Below are positions 34,142-44,243 of a stretch of DNA of 64,000 nt, piece by piece. Positions within the stretch are counted from its first letter, which is position 1. The number at the start of each line of letters is the position of its first letter. The stretch is from an uncultured Pseudomonadales bacterium. GTDB lineage: Bacteria; Patescibacteriota; Microgenomatia; UBA1400; PJMF01. Location of the stretch: the NCBI GenBank assembly GCA_964511345.1, contig CAZEEV010000001.1, forward strand, positions 8,089-72,088. The letters run 5' to 3'. The notes beneath the pieces are model-generated. The model had not been told where the DNA came from and ran no database searches. It worked only from the letters and a program-made list of their open reading frames with translations. The position numbers and the translations under genes are program-made.

Positions 34142-35989
34142 ATGCAAATTCGAAACATTGCCATCATTGCTCACGTGGATCACGGTAAAACTACCCTGAT
34201 CGATGGAATGTTGAAACAAACTCACGCTTTCCGTGAAAACCAAGCTGAAATGGCCCAAAGCACGATTTTAGACAGTAATGATCTAGAAAGAGAAAAAGGA
34301 ATTACCATTTTAGCTAAAAACACTGCTGTTTTTTACAAAAGTGAAGCCGGTGAAGACTATAAAATCAATATCATCGATACTCCAGGTCACGCAGACTTTG
34401 CTGGTGAAGTAGAACGTGTTATCAGTATGGCTGACGGTGCCGTTCTTTTGGTGGATGCCGCTGAGGGTCCACTTCCTCAAACTCGTTTTGTTTTGGAGCA
34501 GGCTCTTAAACAAAAACTCAAAATGATTGTGATACTTAACAAAATTGATCGTCGCGATGCTGAACCGGACAGAGTTTTGACTCAAGTGGAAGAATTATTT
34601 CTTAATATTGCTAATGATGAATCTCAATTATTATTCCCAATTCTTTATGCCGTTGGTCGTGATGGTAAAGTTTGGAATGATTTACCAGAAAATGAAGTCG
34701 GCAATGCAGAAGAGATTGCCAAACATCCAGGAGATTTGCGACCTATTTTTGAAGAAATCATTCGCACTGTCCCTGCTCCAAGAGTGAATGGCGAATTGCC
34801 TTTCAAAATGCAGGTTTCAACTTTAGACTTTGATACCTACAAAGGCACTTATGCGATTGGTAAAGTTACTCAGGGCTTAGTTAAAAAAGGCCAACGTTTA
34901 GTAATTTTAAATGAGAATGAAAAAGTTGGTGAAATGTCAGTTGCTCATTTGATGACTAGTGATGGTTTAAACAGACAAGAAATTGAGACCAGCCAGGCTG
35001 GAGACATTGTGGCTATTACAGGTATTGAAAATATTGCCATTGGTCAAACTTTAGCTGCTTTAGGTGAAACTCAAGGTTTTCCAAGTATTACTGTTACGGA
35101 GCCAACTTTGAAAATTCGCATTGCTGCCAATACTTCACCATTTGCTGGTAAAGAAGGTGATTTTTGTACTATTCGCCAAATTGCCGAACGTTTACGCAAA
35201 GAACAGAAAACTAATCTAGGACTTCGTATAGAAGGTTTAGAAGGCGGTGCTTTCAATGTGGCCGGTCGTGGTGAATTACACTTAGCTATCTTGATTGAAA
35301 CCATGCGTCGTGAAGGTTACGAAATGGAACTCTCCAAACCTCAGGTGATTATCAAAGAAGTCGATGGTGTCAAAATGGAACCTTATGAAGAGATGACTAT
35401 TGAAATTGCCCAAGATTTCATGGGGATTATCACTGAAGAATTGGGTAGAAGAAAAGCTAAATTAATTGACAGTATGACTAACAGCAAGGGCATAACCAGA
35501 ATGGTTTATGAGGTTAGTAGTCGCAACATTTTGGGTTTTAGAAGTCAAATTTTGACCAAAACCAGAGGTAATGGTTTATTTAGTTCTCGCTTTTTGGAGC
35601 ATGCACCACTGAGCGCTGATTTACCTCAGTTACGTAATGGTGCGTTGATTGCCACCGAATCTGGAACTGCCACTGCTTATGCTTTGGAAACTATCCAAGA
35701 GCGCGGCAAGACCTTTATTAATCCTGGAGAAGCGGTTTACGAAGGACAAATTATTGGTTTGCGCAATCAACAAGAAGATTTGGAAGTCAATGTTTGTAAA
35801 GCCAAAAAATTAACTAACTTCAGATCTAATGCAGATGTTTTAACAGTTTTAGATACACGTATCGAACTTAGTTTGGAGCAATGCTTAGACTTTATTGAAG
35901 ATGATGAACTTTTGGAAGTGACGCCTAAAAACTTGCGTTTGCGTAAACGTTATCTTAGTAAATTGCAACGCAATAAACAAAGTCGCTAA
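34142..35989 (+). CDS. typA: Translational GTPase TypA/BipA
   Basis: IRNIAIIAHVDHGKTT, DTPGHADF, NKID, GRGELHL, DDELLEVTPK. Confidence 0.97.
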   Translation: MQIRNIAIIAHVDHGKTTLIDGMLKQTHAFRENQAEMAQSTILDSNDLEREKGITILAKNTAVFYKSEAGEDYKINIIDTPGHADFAGEVERVISMADGAVLLVDAAEGPLPQTRFVLEQALKQKLKMIVILNKIDRRDAEPDRVLTQVEELFLNIANDESQLLFPILYAVGRDGKVWNDLPENEVGNAEEIAKHPGDLRPIFEEIIRTVPAPRVNGELPFKMQVSTLDFDTYKGTYAIGKVTQGLVKKGQRLVILNENEKVGEMSVAHLMTSDGLNRQEIETSQAGDIVAITGIENIAIGQTLAALGETQGFPSITVTEPTLKIRIAANTSPFAGKEGDFCTIRQIAERLRKEQKTNLGLRIEGLEGGAFNVAGRGELHLAILIETMRREGYEMELSKPQVIIKEVDGVKMEPYEEMTIEIAQDFMGIITEELGRRKAKLIDSMTNSKGITRMVYEVSSRNILGFRSQILTKTRGNGLFSSRFLEHAPLSADLPQLRNGALIATESGTATAYALETIQERGKTFINPGEAVYEGQIIGLRNQQEDLEVNVCKAKKLTNFRSNADVLTVLDTRIELSLEQCLDFIEDDELLEVTPKNLRLRKRYLSKLQRNKQSR

Positions 35990-36035
35990 ACGCTTTTGCA
36001 ACTCTTTTCATTTTCGGGTAAAATTAGTCTCATTG

Positions 36036-37259
36036 ATGACTGATCTTGCTAAACCTCTCGCTGCTTTAATTCGTCCTGAATCTCTTGAGGATTTTATTGG
36101 TCAAGATCATTTGGTGGGTGCAGGTAAGCCGATCAAAGCGGCCATGGACTTACAAGCAATTTTTTCGATGATTTTTTGGGGTCCTCCTGGAGTTGGCAAA
36201 ACTACTTTGGCGAGAATTATTGCCAAAGAAAGTGACCGCGAATTTATAGAAATCTCTGCAGTTTCTGCTGGTAAAGCCGATATTCGCAAAATTGTTGAAG
36301 ATAGTCGCAAACAAAAAGGCTTATTAGAGGATTATCGTGCGCCAATTTTATTCATTGATGAAATTCATCGTTTTAATAAAGCTCAGCAAGATTATCTTTT
36401 ACCTTTTGTCGAAGAAGGCGTTTTAATTCTGATTGGCGCTACTACGGAAAATCCTTCCTTTGAAATTATCTCTCCATTACTTTCTCGCATGAGAGTGTTT
36501 ATTTTTAAGGCTCTAAGTGAAGAGGAGATGAAAAAAGTTCTGACGATGGCGGTTAAAAAAATTCAGGAAAATGAAAAATTAATAAATAAGAAAGCTAAAA
36601 AAATTGCTGTACCCACCAAAAGTGAAGAATTCCTTCTCAATTATAGCTCCGGTGATGCACGCAAACTTTTGACCCTTATAGACAATACTTTTACACTTTA
36701 CGGCAATTTACAACTAGAATCACTCAAGAATTCCTTACAATCTAAACACTTAAGTTACGATAAAAAAGGTCCAGAACACTACGAAACGATTAGCGCTTTT
36801 ATCAAAAGCATGCGAGCTGGTGATCCTAATGCCGCTCTTTATTATTTAGCGCGCATGGTAGAGGCCGGCGAAGATCCGCTTTTTATTGCTCGTCGCATGG
36901 TGGTTTTTGCCTCAGAAGACATTGGCTTAGCGGTACCAACTGCTCTGGTGGTTGCCAATGCCGTTTTTCAAGCCTGTCAGACGATTGGTTATCCAGAATG
37001 TCGAGAGAATTTAGCTCATGGCGTGGCTTATTTAGCTACCTGCAAGAAAGATCGCAGTGCTTACGACGCCTACATGGCCGCTGTGGCCGATGTACAAAAA
37101 TTTGGCAACTTAGAAATTCCGATGAGCATTAAAAATCCAGAAACCAATCTCCTTAAAGAAATTGGCTACGGCAAAGGTTATGAAATGTATCCTAAAGCGG
37201 GCGTGAGTTTGCTGCCTGACCAACTCAAAGGAAAACAATATCTTAAGCTTAAAAAATAG
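36036..37259 (+). CDS. rarA: Replication-associated recombination protein A
   Basis: WGPPGVGKTT, DEIHRFNKAQQD, GATTENPSF, SAFIKSMR, ASEDIGLA. Confidence 0.95.
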   Translation: MTDLAKPLAALIRPESLEDFIGQDHLVGAGKPIKAAMDLQAIFSMIFWGPPGVGKTTLARIIAKESDREFIEISAVSAGKADIRKIVEDSRKQKGLLEDYRAPILFIDEIHRFNKAQQDYLLPFVEEGVLILIGATTENPSFEIISPLLSRMRVFIFKALSEEEMKKVLTMAVKKIQENEKLINKKAKKIAVPTKSEEFLLNYSSGDARKLLTLIDNTFTLYGNLQLESLKNSLQSKHLSYDKKGPEHYETISAFIKSMRAGDPNAALYYLARMVEAGEDPLFIARRMVVFASEDIGLAVPTALVVANAVFQACQTIGYPECRENLAHGVAYLATCKKDRSAYDAYMAAVADVQKFGNLEIPMSIKNPETNLLKEIGYGKGYEMYPKAGVSLLPDQLKGKQYLKLKK

Positions 37260-37294
37260 ACATTTTAAGTTATAATAATCGAGTTGTTTAAAAA

Positions 37295-37369
37295 GCACCC
37301 ATAGCTCAGTCTGGATAGAGCGTTTGTTTGCGGAACAAAAGATCGTGCGTTCGAATCGCACTGGGTGCA
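37295..37369 (+). tRNA. tRNA-Arg (GCG), no encoded CCA
   Basis: GCACCCA/TGGGTGC acceptor; anticodon arm TTTGT-TTGCGGA-ACAAA (GCG at 37330-37332); GTGCG-TTCGAAT-CGCAC. Confidence 0.95.
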
Positions 37370-37400
37370 CGGTATAAAATAGAAAGAAAAAGGTTTTTTT

Positions 37401-37595
37401 ATGTCACTTAGTATTGAACAAGCCCAAGTAGAAAATGATGGAGCAGAAACAACTTTAGATAATGCGAGAGGTAGTCGAGTTGCTAAAGAGGCTGCTAGAA
37501 TGGCTGTTGAAGCAGCTCATAGACAAGTTATGGAGGGAAAACCTCAGGACGATGCAGAACTTGCCGCAGAAAAAGAAGCAGAAGAAAATAAATAA
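37401..37595 (+). CDS. Small acidic hypothetical protein
   Basis: 64 aa, AAGG upstream, followed by a terminator. Confidence 0.6.
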   Translation: MSLSIEQAQVENDGAETTLDNARGSRVAKEAARMAVEAAHRQVMEGKPQDDAELAAEKEAEENK

Positions 37596-37621
37596 AATTA
37601 TTTATTAATAAATTTAACAAG

Positions 37622-37645
37622 AAACTGCCTCTAGGGCAGTTTTTT
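37622..37645 (+). terminator. Intrinsic terminator
   Basis: AAACTGCC-TCTAG-GGCAGTTT followed by Ts. Confidence 0.85.
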
Positions 37646-37691
37646 GTTTTTCTGAGGGTTTCGAGTTAAAATGATCCCTAGAAAATAAAAA

Positions 37692-37773
37692 GGAAGGGTC
37701 GCATAGCGGCTATTGCATCAGCCTCGAAAACTGACGCCCTCGGGCACCGCGGGTTCGAGTCCCGCCCCTTCCG
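37692..37773 (+). tRNA. tRNA-Ser (CGA), no encoded CCA
   Basis: GGAAGGG/CCCTTCC acceptor, G discriminator, CT-CGA-AA loop, long variable arm GCCC-TC-GGGC, GCGGG-TTCGAGT-CCCGC. Confidence 0.93.
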
Positions 37774-37776
37774 CTT

Positions 37777-38109
37777 ATGAATAAAGAAATTTCTGCTTAC
37801 ATTGCTAAACAAGAATCAAAACAGCAATTAGTTTTAACTCAGACTAGAAATTTAATTAAAACTTTATTGTCTGATGCCGAAGAAAAAATGAGTTATGGGG
37901 TACCATCATTTAGATTAAATGGTAAGTCAATTTTATATGCAGCTTTCAAAGCACATCTTGGCATTTATCCTGAGCCAACAGTGATTGATCATTTTAAAAA
38001 AGAATTAGAAAAATATGAGACAGCTAAGGGCACTATTAAATTTAGTTTAAATGAGCCCATTCCTTATGATTTAATTACTAAAATTGTGAAGTACAAATAT
38101 GGTTTATAA
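37777..38109 (+). CDS. DUF1801 (YdhG-like) protein
   Basis: EEKMSYGVP, AAFKAHLGIYP, KGTIKF...PIPYDLI. Confidence 0.85.
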   Translation: MNKEISAYIAKQESKQQLVLTQTRNLIKTLLSDAEEKMSYGVPSFRLNGKSILYAAFKAHLGIYPEPTVIDHFKKELEKYETAKGTIKFSLNEPIPYDLITKIVKYKYGL

Positions 38110-38127
38110 AAATGCTATTATGTATTT

Positions 38128-38520
38128 ATGCTCAAACAATTTTTGGTTGCTTTCACCACCTTTTTAGCTATTGATGGCCTTTGGCTCACTCTCATCGCCA
38201 AGAACTTTTATGCCAAGCACCTTGGTTTCTTAATGAGCAAAACTCCCAATCTTACCCCCGCTTTGATCTTTTATCTAATCTATGTCTTTACCATGGTCGT
38301 ACTGATCATTACTCCAGCTCTGCAAAAAGGTTCGCTTATGTCAGCCGTTCTCACTGGAGCCTTATTCGGTTTGTGTGCCTACGCCACTTATGATTTAACT
38401 AATCTCGCCACTATCAAAGATTGGCCGCTTTTAGTCACCATCGTCGATCTCATTTGGGGCACCGTTCTCTCAGGAGCAGTAGCAGGTGTCAGTTATTTAG
38501 TTCTAACCAAATTATTATGA
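38128..38520 (+). CDS. DUF2177 family membrane protein
   Basis: IDGLWL, YATYDLTNLAT, DLIWGT. Confidence 0.88.
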   Translation: MLKQFLVAFTTFLAIDGLWLTLIAKNFYAKHLGFLMSKTPNLTPALIFYLIYVFTMVVLIITPALQKGSLMSAVLTGALFGLCAYATYDLTNLATIKDWPLLVTIVDLIWGTVLSGAVAGVSYLVLTKLL

Positions 38521-38708
38521 TAAACGAGATACAAGAACAAGCCTTATATAAAGATGGAGATTGGGTTAAATATCGTGGTCAAACATATAAAGTTTCTTTA
38601 GCCTTTAATCCTTCTGCTAATGAAGTTACATATATTCTACAAAGCCACAATTCTTGTGCTTTCAGTCTTTCACAAGCAGAAGCAAAGAAAAGCCTAACAA
38701 AGGCGTAA
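38517..38708 (+). CDS. Small hypothetical protein
   Basis: MINEIQ start overlaps the previous stop (ATGA); fills the gap. Confidence 0.5.
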   Translation: MINEIQEQALYKDGDWVKYRGQTYKVSLAFNPSANEVTYILQSHNSCAFSLSQAEAKKSLTKA

Positions 38709-38715
38709 ATTTTTT

Positions 38716-39594
38716 GTGCAATATCAACGCATCCAAGCCAAATCTGCTCTCAATAAGCTCAACAGCCGCTATTTACCTTATGATTACGACTTGAATGTTT
38801 ACCGCGGTTGTTCTCATCATTGTCAATATTGCTATGCGCTTTATTCTCATCGCTATTTAGAAAAGCAAGAATTTTTTGATCAAATTTACATTAAAGAAAA
38901 TATTCTTGAAGCTTTAGAGCGCGACTTAAGTAAAAAAAGTTGGCGCAGACAAGCAATTAATTTAGGAGGTGTGACGGATAGTTATCAAAGCATTGAGGCC
39001 AAAGAAAAATTAATGCCGGGCATTCTGAAACTTTTAATTAAATATCAAAACCCCGTTATTATTTCCACCAAATCTGATTTAATTTTGCGCGATTTCGATT
39101 TGTTTTTGGAATTAGCCAAAGTTGCCGATGTACGAATTGCCTGCAGTATTACTACTTTTGATGAAACGATTCGTCGTAAAATTGAGCCTTGCTCTCCAAC
39201 CGCCTTAGCCAGATTAGAAGTCTTAAAAAAATTCAAAGTAGCTAATCTAGAAAGATTAAAAGTTGGTGTCTTAATGATGCCTATCTTGCCTTTACTGACT
39301 GATTCCGAGGAGAATTTAAGAGACGTATTCAGCAAAGTCTCAAACATTGGCATTGATTATATACTTCCCGGCTTACTCAATCTTAGAGGTCAAACTAGAG
39401 AACATTTTTTGAATTTTATTAAGGTCACATTTCCAGATAAATATGCTGCTTACCTTGATCTTTACCAAACAGCTTTTGTCAAAAAAGAATATCGGGAGAA
39501 TTTCTATCAAAAAATTAATCAACTAAGGAAAGAATATCAACTTCCTAAGGTTGAATTAGAAATTAGTGAAGAAGAACAGCTTGGGTTGTTTTAA
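38716..39594 (+). CDS. Radical SAM protein (spore photoproduct lyase-like/Rv2578c family)
   Basis: YRGCSHHCQYCYA, TDSYQ, TKSDLILRD, IEP. Confidence 0.9.
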   Translation: MQYQRIQAKSALNKLNSRYLPYDYDLNVYRGCSHHCQYCYALYSHRYLEKQEFFDQIYIKENILEALERDLSKKSWRRQAINLGGVTDSYQSIEAKEKLMPGILKLLIKYQNPVIISTKSDLILRDFDLFLELAKVADVRIACSITTFDETIRRKIEPCSPTALARLEVLKKFKVANLERLKVGVLMMPILPLLTDSEENLRDVFSKVSNIGIDYILPGLLNLRGQTREHFLNFIKVTFPDKYAAYLDLYQTAFVKKEYRENFYQKINQLRKEYQLPKVELEISEEEQLGLF

Positions 39595-39631
39595 TTTACA
39601 AAACTGTTTATTCTTTACATAAATAAACAAA

Positions 39632-39850
39632 ATGAAAATCTCCGTCGCAGTTCATCCCAACTCTAAGAAACCAAGAATTGTCAAAAATGATTTAGACAAT
39701 CTTGATGTTTATGTAGCACAAAAAGCGGTTGATAACCAGGCTAATTTAGCCACTATTGAAGCTTTGGCAAAATATTTTCAGGTGAAAAAATCGGCAGTCA
39801 ATTTAATTTTAGGACAAAAATCGAAATTAAAAGTTTATAACATTGAATAA
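39632..39850 (+). CDS. DUF167 (YggU-like) protein
   Basis: VHPNSK, AVDNQAN, LAKYF, GQKSKLK. Confidence 0.85.
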   Translation: MKISVAVHPNSKKPRIVKNDLDNLDVYVAQKAVDNQANLATIEALAKYFQVKKSAVNLILGQKSKLKVYNIE

Positions 39851-40813
39851 ATAGCCCATCACCATAATCCCTACCACAGTAATTCCAAAAAACGCCAATA
39901 GTAACGGCCACTTCATCGCCTTCTTCAAAATCAAAGCCTCAGGAATCGACAAAGTCACCGTCGCTGTCATAAACGCCAAGGCTGTGCCCATCGGCACGCC
40001 TTTACCCACCAAAGCCTCCATTACCGGAATGATACTCACTGAATTAGCATAAAGCGGTACACCCAAAAGCGTCGCTGCCGGTACACTCCACCAAGCTTTC
40101 ATCCCTAAATATTTTTCAATTAAAGTTTGTGGTACAAAGCCATGAATCGCTGCTCCCACTGCCACTCCTAGAATCACATAAGGATAAATTTTCTTAGTAA
40201 TCGCAGAACCATCTTCCCACCATAACTTCAGTAACTCTTTTCTTTTTGGCTCCATTCCCTGATTTTCCATCACCACTTGCGCTCTATTTTTAAACTTCAA
40301 AAGTGACGGTTCAATGTATTTTTCCAGATGTAACTTCTGAATCAAAAGTCCGCCCAAAACAGCGATGCCAATGCCCATTAAGTTATAAAACAAACTAACT
40401 TTCCAGCCAAAAAGTGCTGGAAATAAAAACAAAGAAGATTCATTAATCAATGGTGAAGCAATCAAAAAAGCAAAAGTCACTCCCAGTGGAATCCCCGCAC
40501 CAACAAAACCAATAAATAAAGGAATTGAAGAACAAGAACAAAAAGGTGTCACCATTCCAAGAACTGCTGCTAACAAATAATCCAAACCAAACCAACGTCT
40601 TTTAATCAGCAAATCACGAACCTTTTCCATCGGAAAATAATAGCGGGTGATCGCCATCAAGTAATTAATGACTAGCAATAATAAGCCAATTTTAAGCACA
40701 TCATAAACAAAGAAATTTACCGCGTTGCCCCAGTAAGAACCTTGAGCGATTGTCAACAAACGATAAGTGACTAAATCAGCCAATGCTTGAAGAGGCGAGA
40801 AAAGATTGATCAT
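39827..40813 (-). CDS. ArsP/DUF318 family permease
   Basis: TPFCSCSSIP, FLIASP, GVPLY, GTALAFM, SIPE. Confidence 0.9.
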   Translation of the reverse strand: MINLFSPLQALADLVTYRLLTIAQGSYWGNAVNFFVYDVLKIGLLLLVINYLMAITRYYFPMEKVRDLLIKRRWFGLDYLLAAVLGMVTPFCSCSSIPLFIGFVGAGIPLGVTFAFLIASPLINESSLFLFPALFGWKVSLFYNLMGIGIAVLGGLLIQKLHLEKYIEPSLLKFKNRAQVVMENQGMEPKRKELLKLWWEDGSAITKKIYPYVILGVAVGAAIHGFVPQTLIEKYLGMKAWWSVPAATLLGVPLYANSVSIIPVMEALVGKGVPMGTALAFMTATVTLSIPEALILKKAMKWPLLLAFFGITVVGIMVMGYLFNVINF

Positions 40814-41049
40814 TTAACACTTTGGAGAACACTTTTAATTTTTTCCAAACTAGGTAAAAATCCCACCAAGGCTGGCTTGCCATCCACTGCTAAAACTGGA
40901 CTGCTCATCACTCCCATTTCAATTATTTTAGAAACGTCAGTGATATATTCTACTTCTGCTTTAAGATCTAATTCCGCTACTGCTTGTTTGGTCAACTCAA
41001 ATAACTTTTTGCACTTGGTACAACCCGAACCTAAAACTTGAATTTGCAT
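40810..41049 (-). CDS. Small redox-active disulfide protein (MTH895-like thioredoxin)
   Basis: VLGSGCTKC, GVMSSP; usual partner of ArsP permeases. Confidence 0.88.
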   Translation of the reverse strand: MQIQVLGSGCTKCKKLFELTKQAVAELDLKAEVEYITDVSKIIEMGVMSSPVLAVDGKPALVGFLPSLEKIKSVLQSVK

Positions 41050-41119
41050 AAGCTCATTTTACATCAAAATTTACTTTTTAAGTAAAATAACCTAACATGG
41101 ATACAAGGAATAAAAAATT

Positions 41120-41869
41120 ATGAAAAACAAATCTTTATCAATCTTTTTAGCCACTGTAATTTTATTATCCTTTGCCACTTTTGCTCAGGCAGCAAAAAAT
41201 GATGGTGCTGGCAGTGGTGCCGTAACTGGTTCATCTGGTCAGGGTTCTAGTGGTGGTCAGCAGGTTGCACCTGTTTCTCCTTCTAAACAGATGGTAACCT
41301 CTTCTCCTTCTCAACCAGTAGTTCAGGTTAAAAACCAAGTCAAAACTCAAAACACAGGTGAAGACTCGCAATTAATGATTGAAACCAAAGAGGAGACAAA
41401 CATTGGTACAAATGCTGGCACTGCCAAAAAAGAATCTCCACGAAGTGAAGTAGCAGAAGAGAAAATGAGTGATGTCGCCACCCAAGTTGAAACGTTGCTA
41501 ACCAATAAAACTATGAAAGGTGGTATTGGTGATCAGGTCAGAGAAATTGCTACAGCACAAAAACAGGCTCAAGAACAAGTTAAAGAACAATTAGGTCAAG
41601 TAGAAAGTCGTAAAGGTTTACTTAAATCTTTGATAGGACCAGATTACAAAGCTTTAAAAAATGTCGAGAATCAAGTTGCAGAAAATCAGTTGCGTATTGA
41701 GCAACTAACAAAACTGAAAACTCAACTTACCAATCAAAGTGACATCGCCATGATTGAAGTCGCGACTCAGGCTTTAACTGAGCAAAATACACAATTACAG
41801 GAAACTGTTGTTAGCGAAAGTCAAAGTAAAAGCATGTTTGGCTGGTTGTTTAGGTTGTTTGCTAAATAG
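41120..41869 (+). CDS. Secreted coiled-coil hypothetical protein
   Basis: Signal peptide AQA, G/S-rich linker, GGIGDQVREIA, LIGPDYK, C-terminal FGWLFRLF. Confidence 0.75.
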   Translation: MKNKSLSIFLATVILLSFATFAQAAKNDGAGSGAVTGSSGQGSSGGQQVAPVSPSKQMVTSSPSQPVVQVKNQVKTQNTGEDSQLMIETKEETNIGTNAGTAKKESPRSEVAEEKMSDVATQVETLLTNKTMKGGIGDQVREIATAQKQAQEQVKEQLGQVESRKGLLKSLIGPDYKALKNVENQVAENQLRIEQLTKLKTQLTNQSDIAMIEVATQALTEQNTQLQETVVSESQSKSMFGWLFRLFAK

Positions 41870-41889
41870 GTTTTAAGTAGTAACAAAGT

Positions 41890-42624
41890 ATGATCAATAG
41901 AAACGAAACTAACTTTTCAGCTCAAGAAAATAATCACGATCTTCAAAATGATAATCATCTTAAAGAGCAATCTATTTCTAGCGAATTAAATGAACTTTTT
42001 AGACAAGGCTGCGATCTTGTTGATGCCTCTGAACTATTAAGACAATTACCCAATCCTATTTTGGTCGATTTTAATAATGTGTTGGTTAATAACGAGATCC
42101 CCTTTATTCCAAATCCTGACGCACTAGCTCCATTTCAAGAATTAAAAAAAATAGGCACCGTAATTGTTCTTACTACTGCTGACGATTGGGAAGCAGTGTA
42201 TGCGCTACTTCAAAAGTTTGGCTACTGGTCTGATGACGTTATTCTTATCGCTTCACCATCATATGAAGAACTTATGAAAAAATTCCCTCAAAGTCAGAAA
42301 GTATTACAGCTACAAAGAGAATTTGTTAATTTAGCTAAACAACATCAATTATTTAATCACCCTCAAATGGAATATGCAGCAGATCCTGATTCAGAATATT
42401 TTTGGAGATGTGCTGTAGCTGACAAAAGAGTGGCCTATGCATTTATGAAACCATATCTTATTCCACTTATTGATGATCGTCGTGCCACTACCGAAAACAA
42501 TCCTGGTATTTTAGGAATCAAAGTTACTGCTTGGGAAGGCGAATATTTTAGATTTGAAGATCCAACTAAGTTATCCGATGCGCTTGAAGTAGTTAGAAAA
42601 CATTATGCAGAGTCGAAGACATAG
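41890..42624 (+). CDS. Hypothetical protein, HAD-like motifs
   Basis: ILVDFNNVL, LTT, LIDD. Confidence 0.55.
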   Translation: MINRNETNFSAQENNHDLQNDNHLKEQSISSELNELFRQGCDLVDASELLRQLPNPILVDFNNVLVNNEIPFIPNPDALAPFQELKKIGTVIVLTTADDWEAVYALLQKFGYWSDDVILIASPSYEELMKKFPQSQKVLQLQREFVNLAKQHQLFNHPQMEYAADPDSEYFWRCAVADKRVAYAFMKPYLIPLIDDRRATTENNPGILGIKVTAWEGEYFRFEDPTKLSDALEVVRKHYAESKT

Positions 42625-42666
42625 CCTGCTATAATTACTTTTAGTTTAAAAACAGGAATCCTAATC

Positions 42667-43305
42667 ATGCTCAAAGCAATCATCTTCGACATTGACGGCG
42701 TCTTACTCGACTCTTTTGAAGCAAATCTCAAATTTTATCAGAGCCTATTACCTTTCGCTGGATACAACCCACCAACCAGTGAAACATTTAGAAAAATGTT
42801 TCATATGCCTATGGATCAAGTGATTAGAAACTTAATCGCTCCTGCCAGTGAAATTGAAGTACAAAGAGTTTGGGAATTAGGCAAAACTCGTGCCGTTCCT
42901 TATCCAAGTGAATTAATCACTGTTGCTGATAACTGCGAAGTAACTCTCAAAAAATTAGCCAAAAAATATACTTTAGCGATTGCGACTAGCAGAATTAAAG
43001 TTGGTGTTTTTTCTTTGCCACAATTAGCTAATTTAGAAAATCTTTTCCAAACAGCCGTTTGTTTTGAAGACACAGATAAACATAAGCCAGATCCAGAACC
43101 TTTGTTACTTGCTTGTGAAAGATTAGGTATCAAACCCAGTGAAGCTCTCTACATTGGTGATGCTCAAACTGATATGGAGGCAGCCGCAGCGGCTGGTATG
43201 AAAGCCATTGCTTTTACAAAAGATGAATTATCTGGAGCCATTGCTACTACCCATGAATTTTCTGAAATACCAAAATTAATTGAAGATAATATTAACAAAT
43301 TATGA
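42667..43305 (+). CDS. HAD family phosphatase
   Basis: FDIDGVLLDS, KPDPEP, YIGDAQTD. Confidence 0.9.
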   Translation: MLKAIIFDIDGVLLDSFEANLKFYQSLLPFAGYNPPTSETFRKMFHMPMDQVIRNLIAPASEIEVQRVWELGKTRAVPYPSELITVADNCEVTLKKLAKKYTLAIATSRIKVGVFSLPQLANLENLFQTAVCFEDTDKHKPDPEPLLLACERLGIKPSEALYIGDAQTDMEAAAAAGMKAIAFTKDELSGAIATTHEFSEIPKLIEDNINKL

Positions 43306-43886
43306 ATTCAATTTATCTTCTTAGACACTGTGCCTACAGCAATCCACTAAATATTTTGCCAGGTAGATTACCTGTCGAACTCTCACAAGAAGGCAAAGAA
43401 AATGCTTTGTATTTAAAAGAATATTTCGCAGATAAAAATATTAAACACATTTATGCCAGTGCAGTTTTGCGTTGTAAACAAACTGCTGAAATTATCGCCG
43501 ATCATACCATTCCCTTAACTTTTGACCAAAGACTTTTAGAAACCTTTTCTGCATATCAAGGCTATTGGGAGGGTAATACTGATAATACTTGGGATCATTT
43601 TTTTATTCATAGAAATGAACTCGGTGGTGAAAGTTTTATTGACATCAAAACAAGAATGGCTAGTTTTTGGGATGAAATTACCGCTAATCTTCATGACAAT
43701 ATTATTATTTGTAGTCACGGTGATCAGTTGCAAATTTTGTTTTCCTATATTCACGGTCAGCCTTTAGTAGCTGAAGATGAAAGCGAAGAAAATATTCCTG
43801 GCTGGCTTGATAGGGGCGAATTCATTGAAATTATTTGGGATAAAAATAAAATTTTAGAAACAAAAATGAAAGGTAAAGCATTATGA
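43302..43886 (+). CDS. Histidine phosphatase family protein
   Basis: LLRHC, RCKQTA, RLLE, GGES, CSHG. Confidence 0.85.
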   Translation: MNSIYLLRHCAYSNPLNILPGRLPVELSQEGKENALYLKEYFADKNIKHIYASAVLRCKQTAEIIADHTIPLTFDQRLLETFSAYQGYWEGNTDNTWDHFFIHRNELGGESFIDIKTRMASFWDEITANLHDNIIICSHGDQLQILFSYIHGQPLVAEDESEENIPGWLDRGEFIEIIWDKNKILETKMKGKAL

Positions 43887-44197
43887 AACAAGCAAACTCT
43901 TATTTTGATGGTGGCTTACTACAATTAATTGGTTGGACTTTGTTAGGAATGATTATCACCACTTTAACTCTTGGTATTTGTTATCCATGGGCACTTTGCA
44001 TGGTATATAAATGGCAAATTGACCACACAGTTATTGAAGGTAAAAGATTGGAATTTACTGGATCAGCTTGGAGTTTATTTGGTCAATGGATTAAATGGTT
44101 ACTTCTAACTATTATTACTTTAGGTATTTATGGTTTGTGGCTTGGAATTGCTTTAGAAAAATGGAAAGTTGAAAATACTAAATTTGTAGCAGATTAA
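43883..44197 (+). CDS. DUF898-like small membrane protein
   Basis: SYFDGG, TLGICYPWA, RLEFTG, ITLGIY. Confidence 0.8.
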   Translation: MKQANSYFDGGLLQLIGWTLLGMIITTLTLGICYPWALCMVYKWQIDHTVIEGKRLEFTGSAWSLFGQWIKWLLLTIITLGIYGLWLGIALEKWKVENTKFVAD

Positions 44198-44243
44198 AAA
44201 CTCCTCCTGCAGAAAAATATTTTTTTGCTATGATAAATTTGTT

